A stretch of 64,000 nt of DNA from an uncultured bacterium (GCA_963801165.1 CAWDDT010000009.1:160001-224000); one strand, 5' to 3'; shown: positions 18,156 through 27,055, counted from the first letter of the stretch. The notes: generated by a model from the letters alone, not told the origin. Numbers and translations are program-made.

Positions 18156-20303
18156 TCACCCCTCCGATTCACCCTTCGACACGAAGTTGATGACGCGTCC
18201 CGGGACGAACACGACGCGGTCGACCTCGCTTGCACCGGGCACGGCCTCAACCCGGGCCCGTGCCGCGCCGGAAACGTCGGCCTCCGTGGCACGATCGGCG
18301 ACGACGATCACCCCACGCAGTTTCCCGTCCACCTGAACCGCAATCTCCACCTCGTCGGGGCTCGCCCCGTCGGCGATCGGCCAGGGTTGGGTGTGCACCG
18401 AAAACTCGTTGCCGAGCCGGGACCAGAGCTCCTCAGCCAGGTGGGGCGCAATCGGCGCCAGCAGACGAACCAGGACGCTCTTGGCCCGCGCCGATTTGGC
18501 CACGCCCACGAACTCCATCAGCCGGGCGATGGCCACGTTGCAGGCCAAGCGCTCCAACGCGGCGGTCACCTCCTCGACGGTCCTGGATATGGCCGGTTCG
18601 TCGGGCCCCGGTCCGTCCGGCTGCTCGATGGCTCGCCAGCAGCGGGCGTAGAAGCGCTCGATCCCGGCGATGGTGCGGTCGGAGAACTCGCCGCCACGCT
18701 CCCACGGCGCCGAGAACATCAGCGCACCGCGCAGCACGTCGATTCCATGATCGACGATGTACTCGTCGGGTGACACGACGTTGCCCCGGCTCTTTGACAT
18801 CTTGGCGCCGTCCAGCACGATCAACCCGCCGAGCCGGATTCGGGGGAACGGTTCCTGGAACGGAACCAGCCCGAGATCGTGCATCGCCATCGTGACGAAC
18901 CGGGCGTAGAGGTGATGACGCTGTACGTGCTCTGAGCCGCCCGCATAGAAGTCGACCGGCAAGACGGCCCGGGTCCGCTCGCGATCCCAGGGTACGTCGT
19001 CGAAGTCCGACGAGGGATACCTCAGGAAGTACCACGCCGAATCGAGGAACGTGTCGCTGACGTCGCTCTCGCGCCTGGCCGGTCCGCCGCAACGCGGGCA
19101 GGCGACGGTGAGCCACCCGGGCACCCTGGCCAGCGGGGAGACGCCCGTTGGGCGGAAGTCGGCGACTTCGGGAAGCAGGACCGGCAACTCGTCTTCGGGG
19201 ACCGGGACCGGTCCACAATCGTCGCAGTGGACGATCGGGATGGGTGGTCCCCAATACCTCTGGCGTGAGATCAGCCAGTCACGTAGCCGGTAGCGCACCG
19301 CCGGCCGTCCCACCGCTCCAGCGGCGCCGTCGTCCAGCAGCGAGGCGTGCGAGACGGGAAGCCTCACGGCTGCCGCCAGAAGGGCGTCACGATCGTCGTG
19401 GGCGGGCACGCCCATGACCGCACCCGTGCCGTACGACTCAACGACGTAGTCGGCCGCGACCACGGGCAGCGGCTTCCCCGTGATCGGATGCGGCCGGGTC
19501 GATCCGACTGCCGGGTGACCCGGAGAGACGGCGACAAACGTGGCCGCAGGTAGCGTGTCGGGTCTCGTCGTGAATACGGTCAGGTCGCCAAAGTCGATCT
19601 CACGGCCTTCCGACCTACCGATCCATTGTCGCTGCAGCCGTTTCGAGCGCTCCGGCCAATCGAGGTCCTCCAGACCGGTAAGCAGCCGGTCCGCATACGC
19701 CGTGATCCTCAGGAACCACTGTGTCATCACGCGCTCTCTCACCACCGAGTCGCACCTTTCACAGACCGTCCCGTCGTGCTCGGTCTGCTCGCGGGCCAGG
19801 ACCGTCATACAGGACGGGCACCAGATGACGGGGGCCTCCGCCCGGTACAGCAGGCCCGCCTCGAAGAGACGAACCAGGAGCCACTGAGTCCACCTGTAAT
19901 ACTCGGGCCTGCTCGTATCGATGACGCGGGACCAGTCCCAGCATGCCCCGATCTGTGAGAGTTGCTCCCGGTAGCGAGCCGTCGTCCGCTCGGTCAGGGT
20001 TCGTGGGTGCTCGCCGACGCTTATGGCGTAGTTCTCGGTATGAATGCCGAAGGCATCGAAGCCGATCGGCTGGAACACGTCGTCGCCCCGCATCCGCCGG
20101 TAGCGGCCGAAGGCGTCGACGCCCACGTAGCGGAACACGTGGCCGACGTGCAGACCCTCGGCGGAGGGGTAGGGGAACTCGACCAGGTTGTAGAAGATCC
20201 GATCGGGATCAACCGTGTCGAGATCGACGTGACCTAGGTTTGCGGCGTCCCATTCCTTACGCCACCGCGTTTCGATAACGCGTACGGGGTACGGCATTGC
20301 CAT
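18156..20303 (-). CDS. leuS: Leucyl-tRNA synthetase (compact, 715 aa)
   Basis: 'FPYPSAEGLHVGH', 'GFDAFG', 'TTRPDT', 'GTGAVMGVPAHDDRD', 'RDWLISRQRYWG', 'DTFLDSAWYFLRY', 'KMSKSRGNVV', 'VQVDGKLRG'. Confidence 0.95.
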   Translation of the reverse strand: MAMPYPVRVIETRWRKEWDAANLGHVDLDTVDPDRIFYNLVEFPYPSAEGLHVGHVFRYVGVDAFGRYRRMRGDDVFQPIGFDAFGIHTENYAISVGEHPRTLTERTTARYREQLSQIGACWDWSRVIDTSRPEYYRWTQWLLVRLFEAGLLYRAEAPVIWCPSCMTVLAREQTEHDGTVCERCDSVVRERVMTQWFLRITAYADRLLTGLEDLDWPERSKRLQRQWIGRSEGREIDFGDLTVFTTRPDTLPAATFVAVSPGHPAVGSTRPHPITGKPLPVVAADYVVESYGTGAVMGVPAHDDRDALLAAAVRLPVSHASLLDDGAAGAVGRPAVRYRLRDWLISRQRYWGPPIPIVHCDDCGPVPVPEDELPVLLPEVADFRPTGVSPLARVPGWLTVACPRCGGPARRESDVSDTFLDSAWYFLRYPSSDFDDVPWDRERTRAVLPVDFYAGGSEHVQRHHLYARFVTMAMHDLGLVPFQEPFPRIRLGGLIVLDGAKMSKSRGNVVSPDEYIVDHGIDVLRGALMFSAPWERGGEFSDRTIAGIERFYARCWRAIEQPDGPGPDEPAISRTVEEVTAALERLACNVAIARLMEFVGVAKSARAKSVLVRLLAPIAPHLAEELWSRLGNEFSVHTQPWPIADGASPDEVEIAVQVDGKLRGVIVVADRATEADVSGAARARVEAVPGASEVDRVVFVPGRVINFVSKGESEG

Positions 20304-20353
20304 GAGAGCGGCCCCTCCCGTCGTGTCCGTCGAGTCATGTGCGTCTCCTTTCA

Positions 20354-20390
20354 GAAACAGAAAACCTCCCAGCGCGGGCATGGGAGGTTT
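20354..20390 (-). terminator. Intrinsic terminator of leuS attenuator
   Basis: Minus strand AAACCTCCCA-tgcccgcgc-TGGGAGGTTT followed by TCTGTTTC, upstream of the leuS start. Confidence 0.85.
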
Positions 20391-20413
20391 GGCGCAGACC
20401 AGTGTGGTCTGCG

Positions 20414-20452
20414 CTAATTGATGAGAAGTCGAGTGCGTGTTGCCGGCCTCAT
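20414..20452 (-). promoter_or_regulatory. leuS leader peptide MRPATRTRLLIN (ribosome-mediated attenuator)
   Basis: 12-codon ORF with tandem Leu (CTT CTC) near the stop; followed by GCGCAGACCA-cac-TGGTCTGCGC hairpin and terminator; TATATT -10 hexamer 7 nt before ATG. Confidence 0.8.
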
Positions 20453-20471
20453 GGTGTCAAATATAGCGGCC

Positions 20472-21410
20472 TCATCGCCGCAGTCGCGCCGGGAGAATCG
20501 TCTTCCCACGCTTTGCCGCCCATTTGCCGCGCTCGATCGTGGCACGGAACCGTGCTCCGAGCGTCGGGTGAGTGCCTCTCGTCTCATAGCCGAGATCGCG
20601 CAGCAGATCGCCTGCGATGGCCTCGAAGATGGCGATGTCACGGTCGGTCATCGCCTCGGACCAGTCCCGGGTTCCCGTGGTCGGAGGGCGGGCGACATTG
20701 CGGAACGCCTCGGGCTCATGAGAGCTGGCAACGAACTCGTCCGCGTTCTCGTGATAGCGCAGCATCGCCGGTTGCCACGTGAGGTCGAGGAACTCGCAGA
20801 TGCGGCGCACTTCGGTCTCTGTGTCTGCCACGAGGTCTTCATAGCGAACTTCCGTATACCGTGACGGGCCGAGCGCCAGGCCCGCGCTGCGGCCTCGACT
20901 CACCCGGGAGCGCCAGTACAGAGCACCTTCGGCCAGGGTCGATGGTCCCCACGGTCGCTCTATATAGGAGAGCGCGACGTTACGACCGTCGCGTATTACG
21001 TTCACGAACCGGGCCTCCGGGAAGAGCCGGGCGAGCTCCGGGATCTGGATGATATAGCCCGGGGTCTTGTCGCCGTACCGCGGCTTGTCCTGTGCGGCTG
21101 CCCAGAGCACAAAGACGGCTCGCACCGCATCCGACAGGGTCTCCGGCGGCTGTGCCGCCATTGCTGCTTGGACCGCGGATCGTTCCAGCCCCATCCGGCG
21201 ATAGTTGGGGTTCTTGTAGATCGTGTCGAGGAAACGCCCCACCTGAAAGCCGCCCGCGGTAAGCATCCGCTCCTTGCGCGCCACGGTTCCGATGAACTGG
21301 GGTTCGTGCGCCACCGCCAGGTCGGGATGGGCGTCGAAGATGGTTCGCAGCAATGTCGTCCCGGATCTGCCGCTGCCGACAAAAATCGGGAAGGCGTCTT
21401 GTTGGCTCAC
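20472..21410 (-). CDS. Sulfotransferase (Sulfotransfer_3-like)
   Basis: 5'-PSB 'FVGSGRSGTTLL', 'YGDKTPGY', 3'-PB 'IRDGRNVALS', 'VRYEDLV'. Confidence 0.92.
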   Translation of the reverse strand: MSQQDAFPIFVGSGRSGTTLLRTIFDAHPDLAVAHEPQFIGTVARKERMLTAGGFQVGRFLDTIYKNPNYRRMGLERSAVQAAMAAQPPETLSDAVRAVFVLWAAAQDKPRYGDKTPGYIIQIPELARLFPEARFVNVIRDGRNVALSYIERPWGPSTLAEGALYWRSRVSRGRSAGLALGPSRYTEVRYEDLVADTETEVRRICEFLDLTWQPAMLRYHENADEFVASSHEPEAFRNVARPPTTGTRDWSEAMTDRDIAIFEAIAGDLLRDLGYETRGTHPTLGARFRATIERGKWAAKRGKTILPARLRR

Positions 21411-22420
21411 TACAGGACGTCGAGCTCACGCAGGATGCGGGCGAACTCGGCGCCGACCGGTTGCATTCCCTCTGCGGTGAAATGGGCGAAGTCGACCTGT
21501 TCGTCGACACCCGCTTGCTTGAGAATCCGATCGACGTCCACGACGTGGAAGTCCAGCTGCTTGGAGAGCTCGAGAAGAGCGATGTGGAACTCGCGGCGGC
21601 GGGTGACGTTGGCCTGCTTCACGAGCTGGTAGTTGTGGGTGAGGTCTTGTGGGTCAACCACCAGGGTCGTGTAGACGACCGGCTCGGCGTGGGCCCGGGC
21701 GCGCAGCTCCTTGACGATCGTTCTGACGTTTGCCATGTAGTCGTCGATCGAAATCCGTCCGACCTTCTCGTATTCCTTGCGAAACCACTGTACGTTGTCG
21801 AGGTCGCCGAGTACCTCGTTGAGGTTCTGGTTTAGCCACCAGCCACCGGGGTCAACCACAAACCCGTGCTTCTTGTTGCGATAGAGGGTGCGAATGACAT
21901 CGGTGCCACCCGACATCACGACGACGTTGCGAGGGAACTCGCCGTACCGCTTCTCGAGCGGGTATTGCAGCGAAGACCCGAAGAACGTTGGTTTGAATTG
22001 CTCGGGCCTGATCTTGAGACGGCGGCACAGCTCCTCGATGGCGTCGCGGGGAATGTTGCCCAGGGTCTGCACGACCTGACTGGTGGCATATGCACCGACA
22101 CCCCCGCCGCGCTCGCGGGATATGGCGAGGCTTCCCTTGATGCCCTCACGCATCAACGGAGCCCCGGTGAACACCGAAGGCAGGTCACAGCCCCCCCGGA
22201 GGGCCACGCCGCGTCTTGGTCCGTCGAAGGCCTCGTTCTCGCCGATCAGCACGAACCCGTTCCCGGCCTTCTGGACCCACCCGGGTCCCGACTCCGTCGC
22301 CACCCTGCCGCGGGCCTGCTTCATATAACGCCGTTTGAGGAAACGTTCGACCTTCGAGTCTTCGCCTGCCACCGACCGCAAGGCACGGTGGCCCAGTTTC
22401 AATCCTTTGGAGACGGGCAT
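21410..22420 (-). CDS. Uncharacterised cytoplasmic SGNH-like protein, type B, copy 1
   Basis: 'VALRGGCD', 'LYRNKKHGFVVDPGGWW', 'VVDVDRILKQAG..QVDFAHF' (D-x-x-H); clear paralog of 27965-28927. Confidence 0.7.
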   Translation of the reverse strand: MPVSKGLKLGHRALRSVAGEDSKVERFLKRRYMKQARGRVATESGPGWVQKAGNGFVLIGENEAFDGPRRGVALRGGCDLPSVFTGAPLMREGIKGSLAISRERGGGVGAYATSQVVQTLGNIPRDAIEELCRRLKIRPEQFKPTFFGSSLQYPLEKRYGEFPRNVVVMSGGTDVIRTLYRNKKHGFVVDPGGWWLNQNLNEVLGDLDNVQWFRKEYEKVGRISIDDYMANVRTIVKELRARAHAEPVVYTTLVVDPQDLTHNYQLVKQANVTRRREFHIALLELSKQLDFHVVDVDRILKQAGVDEQVDFAHFTAEGMQPVGAEFARILRELDVL

Positions 22421-22421
22421 C

Positions 22422-22847
22422 TCACTCCTCCTCGATGTCGACGGCGTTGGCGACAACCCTGATGGACGGAAGCGACGCGATGTCCTGGGCGGCTTCCCCG
22501 CCGGGCTCCCCGCCCGACGCGAGCAGCGCCAGCGTGTCCCCAACCTTCATCCCCCCGCCGGTCGCAACCAGATGCTCGAGGACCACACCGCCCTCGGACG
22601 CGACCAGCTGGAAGCGGAGACCGGATGTCTCACGTGTCTCCACCTCCTCGCGCACCTTCTTCTTGCGGCGCAGCGACGTGAGGATGCTTGCCTGCTGGGT
22701 CTTGCGCAGGGCGACTACTTGCTCGATGGAGACGACGCAGAGCTCGTCGCCAAAGATGAAGGATTCGCCCGGGGCCTTTGACCACTTGATCACGCGGCCG
22801 CCCTGGAGCTGGGGACCGACCGAGGGCATCTGGAGGGTCAGCTTCAT
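22422..22847 (-). CDS. Biotin/lipoyl-attachment-like domain protein with insertion in place of the DKA hairpin
   Basis: 'LQMPSVGPQLQGGRVIKWSKAPGESFIFGDELCVV...LVASEGGVVLEHLVATGGGMKVGDTLALL' follows the lipoyl-domain pattern. Confidence 0.72.
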   Translation of the reverse strand: MKLTLQMPSVGPQLQGGRVIKWSKAPGESFIFGDELCVVSIEQVVALRKTQQASILTSLRRKKKVREEVETRETSGLRFQLVASEGGVVLEHLVATGGGMKVGDTLALLASGGEPGGEAAQDIASLPSIRVVANAVDIEEE

Positions 22848-23536
22848 TGCCGTTCCCCGCGGGTGCCAACCTGCGCCACCAAAGTTCGCTCGTCGAAGAA
22901 CCCGTAGTCCGCGAGAACTCGCAATGTCTCGTCCCGCACCATCGCCGACCCCTCCGGCGAGAGCTCCAGCGGCCCGGGAACGACCTTGCCACCGCCCGCT
23001 TCGGCGACCAGCCGGTCGACGTCGATTACCGAGAGCCCGACCTCGTGGGAGGTTTGGAAGAGGGCAAGGTTGATGCGATGGGCACGAAGCATGATCGGCT
23101 CGACTGAAAACCCATGGAAATTGGAAACCGGGTCACCGGGGTCGAAGCTCGATACCCCGACCACGAGCACATGGGCACCGCAGTCTCGCTTGATCGCGTC
23201 GAACACGGCGACCAGGTCGTCATGGAAGCCGGCAACCGCATCCCGCGGGTCCTTCGCCCGGTTGGTGAGCTGCTCGGCCTCCCCGCTCACGTCGAGGACC
23301 ACGACATGTGGTGTAGATCCGTAGATCGATTCGAGGGTACCGGCGTCGAGCCGGGTGCGCAGGTCGCCTAGACCCCCGTACTCGTCGTATGTCACGGCCA
23401 GCTCGACGTTGGACGGTGTGGTGTTCAGCTCGGTGGCCAAGCCGTGATCGAGATGGGCCCCACCGTCGTTCTTGGCCAGGAACGCGTTGCGCACGACGTC
23501 GCCACCAAGCGCCAGCACACGCATCGTTTCGGTCAT
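22844..23536 (-). CDS. Uncharacterised SGNH-like protein, type A (degenerate), copy 1
   Basis: 'VSSFDPGDPVSNFHG...RAHRINLAL...GLSVIDVDRLVAEAGG'; paralog of N-part of 28938-30002. Confidence 0.65.
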   Translation of the reverse strand: MTETMRVLALGGDVVRNAFLAKNDGGAHLDHGLATELNTTPSNVELAVTYDEYGGLGDLRTRLDAGTLESIYGSTPHVVVLDVSGEAEQLTNRAKDPRDAVAGFHDDLVAVFDAIKRDCGAHVLVVGVSSFDPGDPVSNFHGFSVEPIMLRAHRINLALFQTSHEVGLSVIDVDRLVAEAGGGKVVPGPLELSPEGSAMVRDETLRVLADYGFFDERTLVAQVGTRGERQ

Positions 23537-23613
23537 TGGTACTCCCCCTCAGAAGTTCTATCCGCCCGTCGATGAGCGTAGCAGCGGCCCCATTCGGTTC
23601 GGGACAGGTTTTT

Positions 23614-24513
23614 CTAAATGCCCCAACCCAAGTCAAAGTCCAGCAGTTGTTCCAGATCGCGGTTGGAGTCGGCGTAGCGTGCTGCGAGCTCGGAGCCGAC
23701 CGGCTCGGGAATGTTGGGCTTCTCCAAGGGCTTCCTGGCATAGCTGTAGTTACGGAACTCGGACGGCGACCAGCGGGCGGCACCGACGAAGTCGAGTATC
23801 TCCTGGAGCACCGCACCGGGGTCGGCGAAGAACTCGGAACTCTCGAGGATGAGGAAGTTCTCCCTCGGAAAATGCTCGAACCAGCGACGCAATTGCTCGG
23901 CGTAGAACCCGCGCGTCGCATACGAGTAGCGACGAAACGGCATCACCCTCGCCAGCGGATCCCGTTTCATCTCATCGAGCTGTCCGGCGAGACGATCCTG
24001 CTCGGCAGCAATTGCGTCGGGGAACGACAGCTCCTCCAAACCGAGGCGGGCCATGTGGTGGTAGTGGGAGAAGGCCCGTTCGACGGGCTCGCGCAGCAAG
24101 ACGACGAGCTTGGCGTCGGGAAGCAGACTGCGGAGACGCTCGGGAGCCCGGGGATCGAAGAGGTAATCGGGGGTTGCCTCGAACGTGAGCAGCGATCTCC
24201 CCATGGCCCGGTGCAGCAGCCGTCTCATCTTCAGGGGATAGTGGGCCCGGTACCAGGCTTCCCCCCGGCCGTAGCCGATGGTGAAGTACTCGATCTCCTT
24301 GCGCAGCGACGGTGCTATTTCGGGGTGCCGGCCGAGGTACTTGTACAGAGAGCTGGTCCCGCAACGCTGCCCACCGATGATCACGAAGTCGGGGAGCATA
24401 CGGTACCGGGCCGTGAGAGTGCGCAGACGCAATCTGATGCGCACCAGCTTGCGGCGAGCAGCCATGGGCGTGACGGTCTTCAAGGCGTCGACGGCCCGCT
24501 GCCGCCAACTCAT
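23614..24513 (-). CDS. Sulfotransferase (heparan-sulfate N/3-O-sulfotransferase-like fold)
   Basis: 'LPDFVIIGGQRCGTSSL', 'KEIEYF', 'FEATPDY', 'LLREPVERAFSHY', 'GFYAEQLRRW'. Confidence 0.92.
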   Translation of the reverse strand: MSWRQRAVDALKTVTPMAARRKLVRIRLRLRTLTARYRMLPDFVIIGGQRCGTSSLYKYLGRHPEIAPSLRKEIEYFTIGYGRGEAWYRAHYPLKMRRLLHRAMGRSLLTFEATPDYLFDPRAPERLRSLLPDAKLVVLLREPVERAFSHYHHMARLGLEELSFPDAIAAEQDRLAGQLDEMKRDPLARVMPFRRYSYATRGFYAEQLRRWFEHFPRENFLILESSEFFADPGAVLQEILDFVGAARWSPSEFRNYSYARKPLEKPNIPEPVGSELAARYADSNRDLEQLLDFDLGWGI

Positions 24514-24661
24514 CGGCGAATACCAAACATCACAAGCCCCTCCCACCCCGGCGGTTGAGCGGGCAGCGTAACATCGCCGGACCGGTCGCAAGGGCCGGAT
24601 GCCCGATACTGTGGGGTCCGCGGGGCAGCCGCGCGACCGCCTCCTATAGTGACCAGGAATC

Positions 24662-25267
24662 ATGACCAACCAGAAGGTCTTTGGCATCGGTTTTCACAAG
24701 ACCGGGACGACGTCGCTGGCCCGTGCGCTCCGGGTTCTTGGCTACCGTGTCGCCGGTCCGTTTGGCGTCCATGATGCCGACATCTCCGCCACGGTGGTCG
24801 CCCGTGCGATCGAGACCGCCGGTGAGTGGGATGCCGCCCAGGACAATCCATGGCCGATCGTGTTCCGCGACCTCGATCGTGCGTTCCCCGACTCCAAGTT
24901 CATCCTCACGACCCGTGTCACCGATGATTGGCTGCGCAGTGTCGTTCGGCACTTCGGGGGTACGACGACCCCGATGCGGGAATGGGTGTACGGGGTCGGC
25001 GACCCGGCCGGTAACGAGAGTGTCTACAGGGAACGGTACGAGCGGCACAACCGTGAAGTCGTGGAGTATTTCGCAGAGCGACCGCAGGACCTGTTGGTGT
25101 TCCGGCTTGCGGATGGTGACGGGTGGGAGGAGCTGTGTGGATTCCTCGGTGTTGCCGTACCCGAGCAGCCGTTCCCGCACGCCAACGCTCGCGGGGAGCG
25201 AAGCACGATGCGCGTGCTGACTCGTCGGGCACGCCGCATACTGGGACTTGGTCCTAGGCGCCCTTGA
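24662..25267 (+). CDS. Sulfotransferase (Sulfotransfer_4-like)
   Basis: 'KVFGIGFHKTGTTSL', 'KFILTTR...WLRS', 'DGWEELCGFLG...FPHAN'. Confidence 0.9.
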   Translation: MTNQKVFGIGFHKTGTTSLARALRVLGYRVAGPFGVHDADISATVVARAIETAGEWDAAQDNPWPIVFRDLDRAFPDSKFILTTRVTDDWLRSVVRHFGGTTTPMREWVYGVGDPAGNESVYRERYERHNREVVEYFAERPQDLLVFRLADGDGWEELCGFLGVAVPEQPFPHANARGERSTMRVLTRRARRILGLGPRRP

Positions 25268-26114
25268 TCGCTGCCGCCAGCCAGTCGGCCGATTTGTCGG
25301 CGAGAGTGTTAGCAGCGTGATGACGGTCTTGCGACACCTGTTCCGCCAGCCACCACGGCTCGCTGCCGGTGCGGTCTTGATTTGCCACGTCGATGCCGGC
25401 GTGTGACCACGCCTCCACGATCGGTTCCATGTTGAGCGATCCAAAGGGAACGATCATCACCTTGGTCTCCAGCGGGGTGTAGTCGCTCAGTTTCTTTCCG
25501 GCGATGCTGTTGTGAAACGCCGACGTGATCTCGTAGCCGAGCAGCTCGACCACTCCGTCCTGGTCCAGCCGCTTCAATACCTTGTCCAGCGATTCGGGCT
25601 TGGCCTCGGCTTTGAGAGCCGCGATCGCGTGGCTACGCACCGCATCGCGAATGAATGCGTCCGTGTCCGGAATAGGATCCCACAGCAAGATCGCGGTGCC
25701 CGCCTCCTCCTCGGCGAGCGCCGCCGCGGGGTAGGCGCCCAGCCGAACCGCGGCGTAGCCGACCCGGTCCAACCCGGTTCGTTCCTTCAAGCGCGACCTC
25801 ACCTCGCGACCAGCGTCGATCATCGCCGGGAGCGTGAGGTCGGTGTCGAGCCCTTCGCTGTTGCCGTCGCCGCGGTATTGGAAACGATGGACTGCGATGC
25901 CGCGGGCCGCCAGAGCGCGGGCGAGTACGACCTCGAGGTGATACGCCTTGAGCATCTCGGCATGGGTGGAGCTGCAAATGACTACGGCGCCTTCGATCTC
26001 GCCGGCGGGAAGGTGGATGCTGCCCAACATCTGGGGGGCTTCGCCGAAGTAGGCGATCTCCTCGGTGATCCCGGTGATCGGGTGGCGACGGGTTGCAGCG
26101 ACGTTCGTCGTCAT
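25254..26114 (-). CDS. Alpha/beta-hydrolase fold protein, exosortase-associated 'hydrolase 2'-like (no nucleophile)
   Basis: 'HRFQYRGDGNSEG', elbow 'YAAVRLGA', 'ILLWDP'. Confidence 0.75.
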   Translation of the reverse strand: MTTNVAATRRHPITGITEEIAYFGEAPQMLGSIHLPAGEIEGAVVICSSTHAEMLKAYHLEVVLARALAARGIAVHRFQYRGDGNSEGLDTDLTLPAMIDAGREVRSRLKERTGLDRVGYAAVRLGAYPAAALAEEEAGTAILLWDPIPDTDAFIRDAVRSHAIAALKAEAKPESLDKVLKRLDQDGVVELLGYEITSAFHNSIAGKKLSDYTPLETKVMIVPFGSLNMEPIVEAWSHAGIDVANQDRTGSEPWWLAEQVSQDRHHAANTLADKSADWLAAAIKGA

Positions 26115-27055
26115 GGGGTCATCTCCTCCACCCACGCCACCGAGGTCTTGATGACGATGTCCTGGATGCGTACCGAGAGGAAGCCTCTGACGACTCCGGG
26201 CACGACCTCGACCGCGACCAGATCGGCGAACCGTTCCAGTTCCCTGCCCAGCCGGGCCTCGCTGGCCTCCTGAAACTCGGTCCAGAAGAAATCATCGTCG
26301 CCGTAGAGAAAACGGACGGGCACGCCATCGCTCAAGAGCCGGCGCAATGGGCGGTGAAAACCGGGGTCGGCATCTCGGGGGTCGGAATCACCGGCCGTCT
26401 CCTGCCTCTTGTCCGCCGCGTCACGGGAAACGCCGAGCTTCCTGGCAACGATCCGCACCGCGGCCTTGCGTGCGGTCGGATTCTTTGCCAGCTTGCGGAC
26501 GATGCGTTTCGAGAAAACCCTTTTCGCCAACTCCCCGGTGCTGACGTGCTCGGCGAGGTGGTCTGCGCCACCTACCCCTTTGGTGCCACTTCGGGTCGGC
26601 GGAGCGAATAGGTACAGACCGCGGACCCTCGGGTCGCCGGCCGCCCCGTGCAGTGCTCCTCTCGACCCGTAGCAGGTGGCGATCACGAGTATGTCGGTGA
26701 CCCCACGCGAGGCGAGCAAATCGAACGCAGCCTTAGCTTCGGGTACCGCGGGGGTCTCGAGCTCGTAGCAGAAGGGCTCGCCGATGCTGTCGCCGAGACC
26801 GGTGTAGTCGAGACGAAGGACCGGGTATCCGCGCTCGGCCAGCGATCGAGCCAGCTTCAACCACATGCGGTTGCGCCCGAGCGTTGTGGTGCCGCCGAAC
26901 GTGCCCGACATCAGCAGCACGCCGGTCGTTTTCGGCTCGACTTTGGTTGGCTCGCTGAGCAAGCCGAAAATCGTCTTATCCGGTTCCGGGAAGAAGACCG
27001 GCATGTCTCTGGACAGGGCCTCAATTGGCTGGTCAGTGCTCACATCGACCGTCAC
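26111..27055 (-). CDS. Alpha/beta-hydrolase fold protein, exosortase-associated 'hydrolase 1'-like (Cys at elbow)
   Basis: 'GRNRMWLKLARSLAERGYPVLRLDYTGLGDSIG', elbow 'ATCYGS', 'FLYGDDD'. Confidence 0.78.
   Translation of the reverse strand: MTVDVSTDQPIEALSRDMPVFFPEPDKTIFGLLSEPTKVEPKTTGVLLMSGTFGGTTTLGRNRMWLKLARSLAERGYPVLRLDYTGLGDSIGEPFCYELETPAVPEAKAAFDLLASRGVTDILVIATCYGSRGALHGAAGDPRVRGLYLFAPPTRSGTKGVGGADHLAEHVSTGELAKRVFSKRIVRKLAKNPTARKAAVRIVARKLGVSRDAADKRQETAGDSDPRDADPGFHRPLRRLLSDGVPVRFLYGDDDFFWTEFQEASEARLGRELERFADLVAVEVVPGVVRGFLSVRIQDIVIKTSVAWVEEMTP

Noticed and set aside
20304-20465. T-box riboswitch upstream of leuS
   Set aside because: No AGGGTGGNACCGCG T-box motif or stem I; too short; the leader-peptide model fits better
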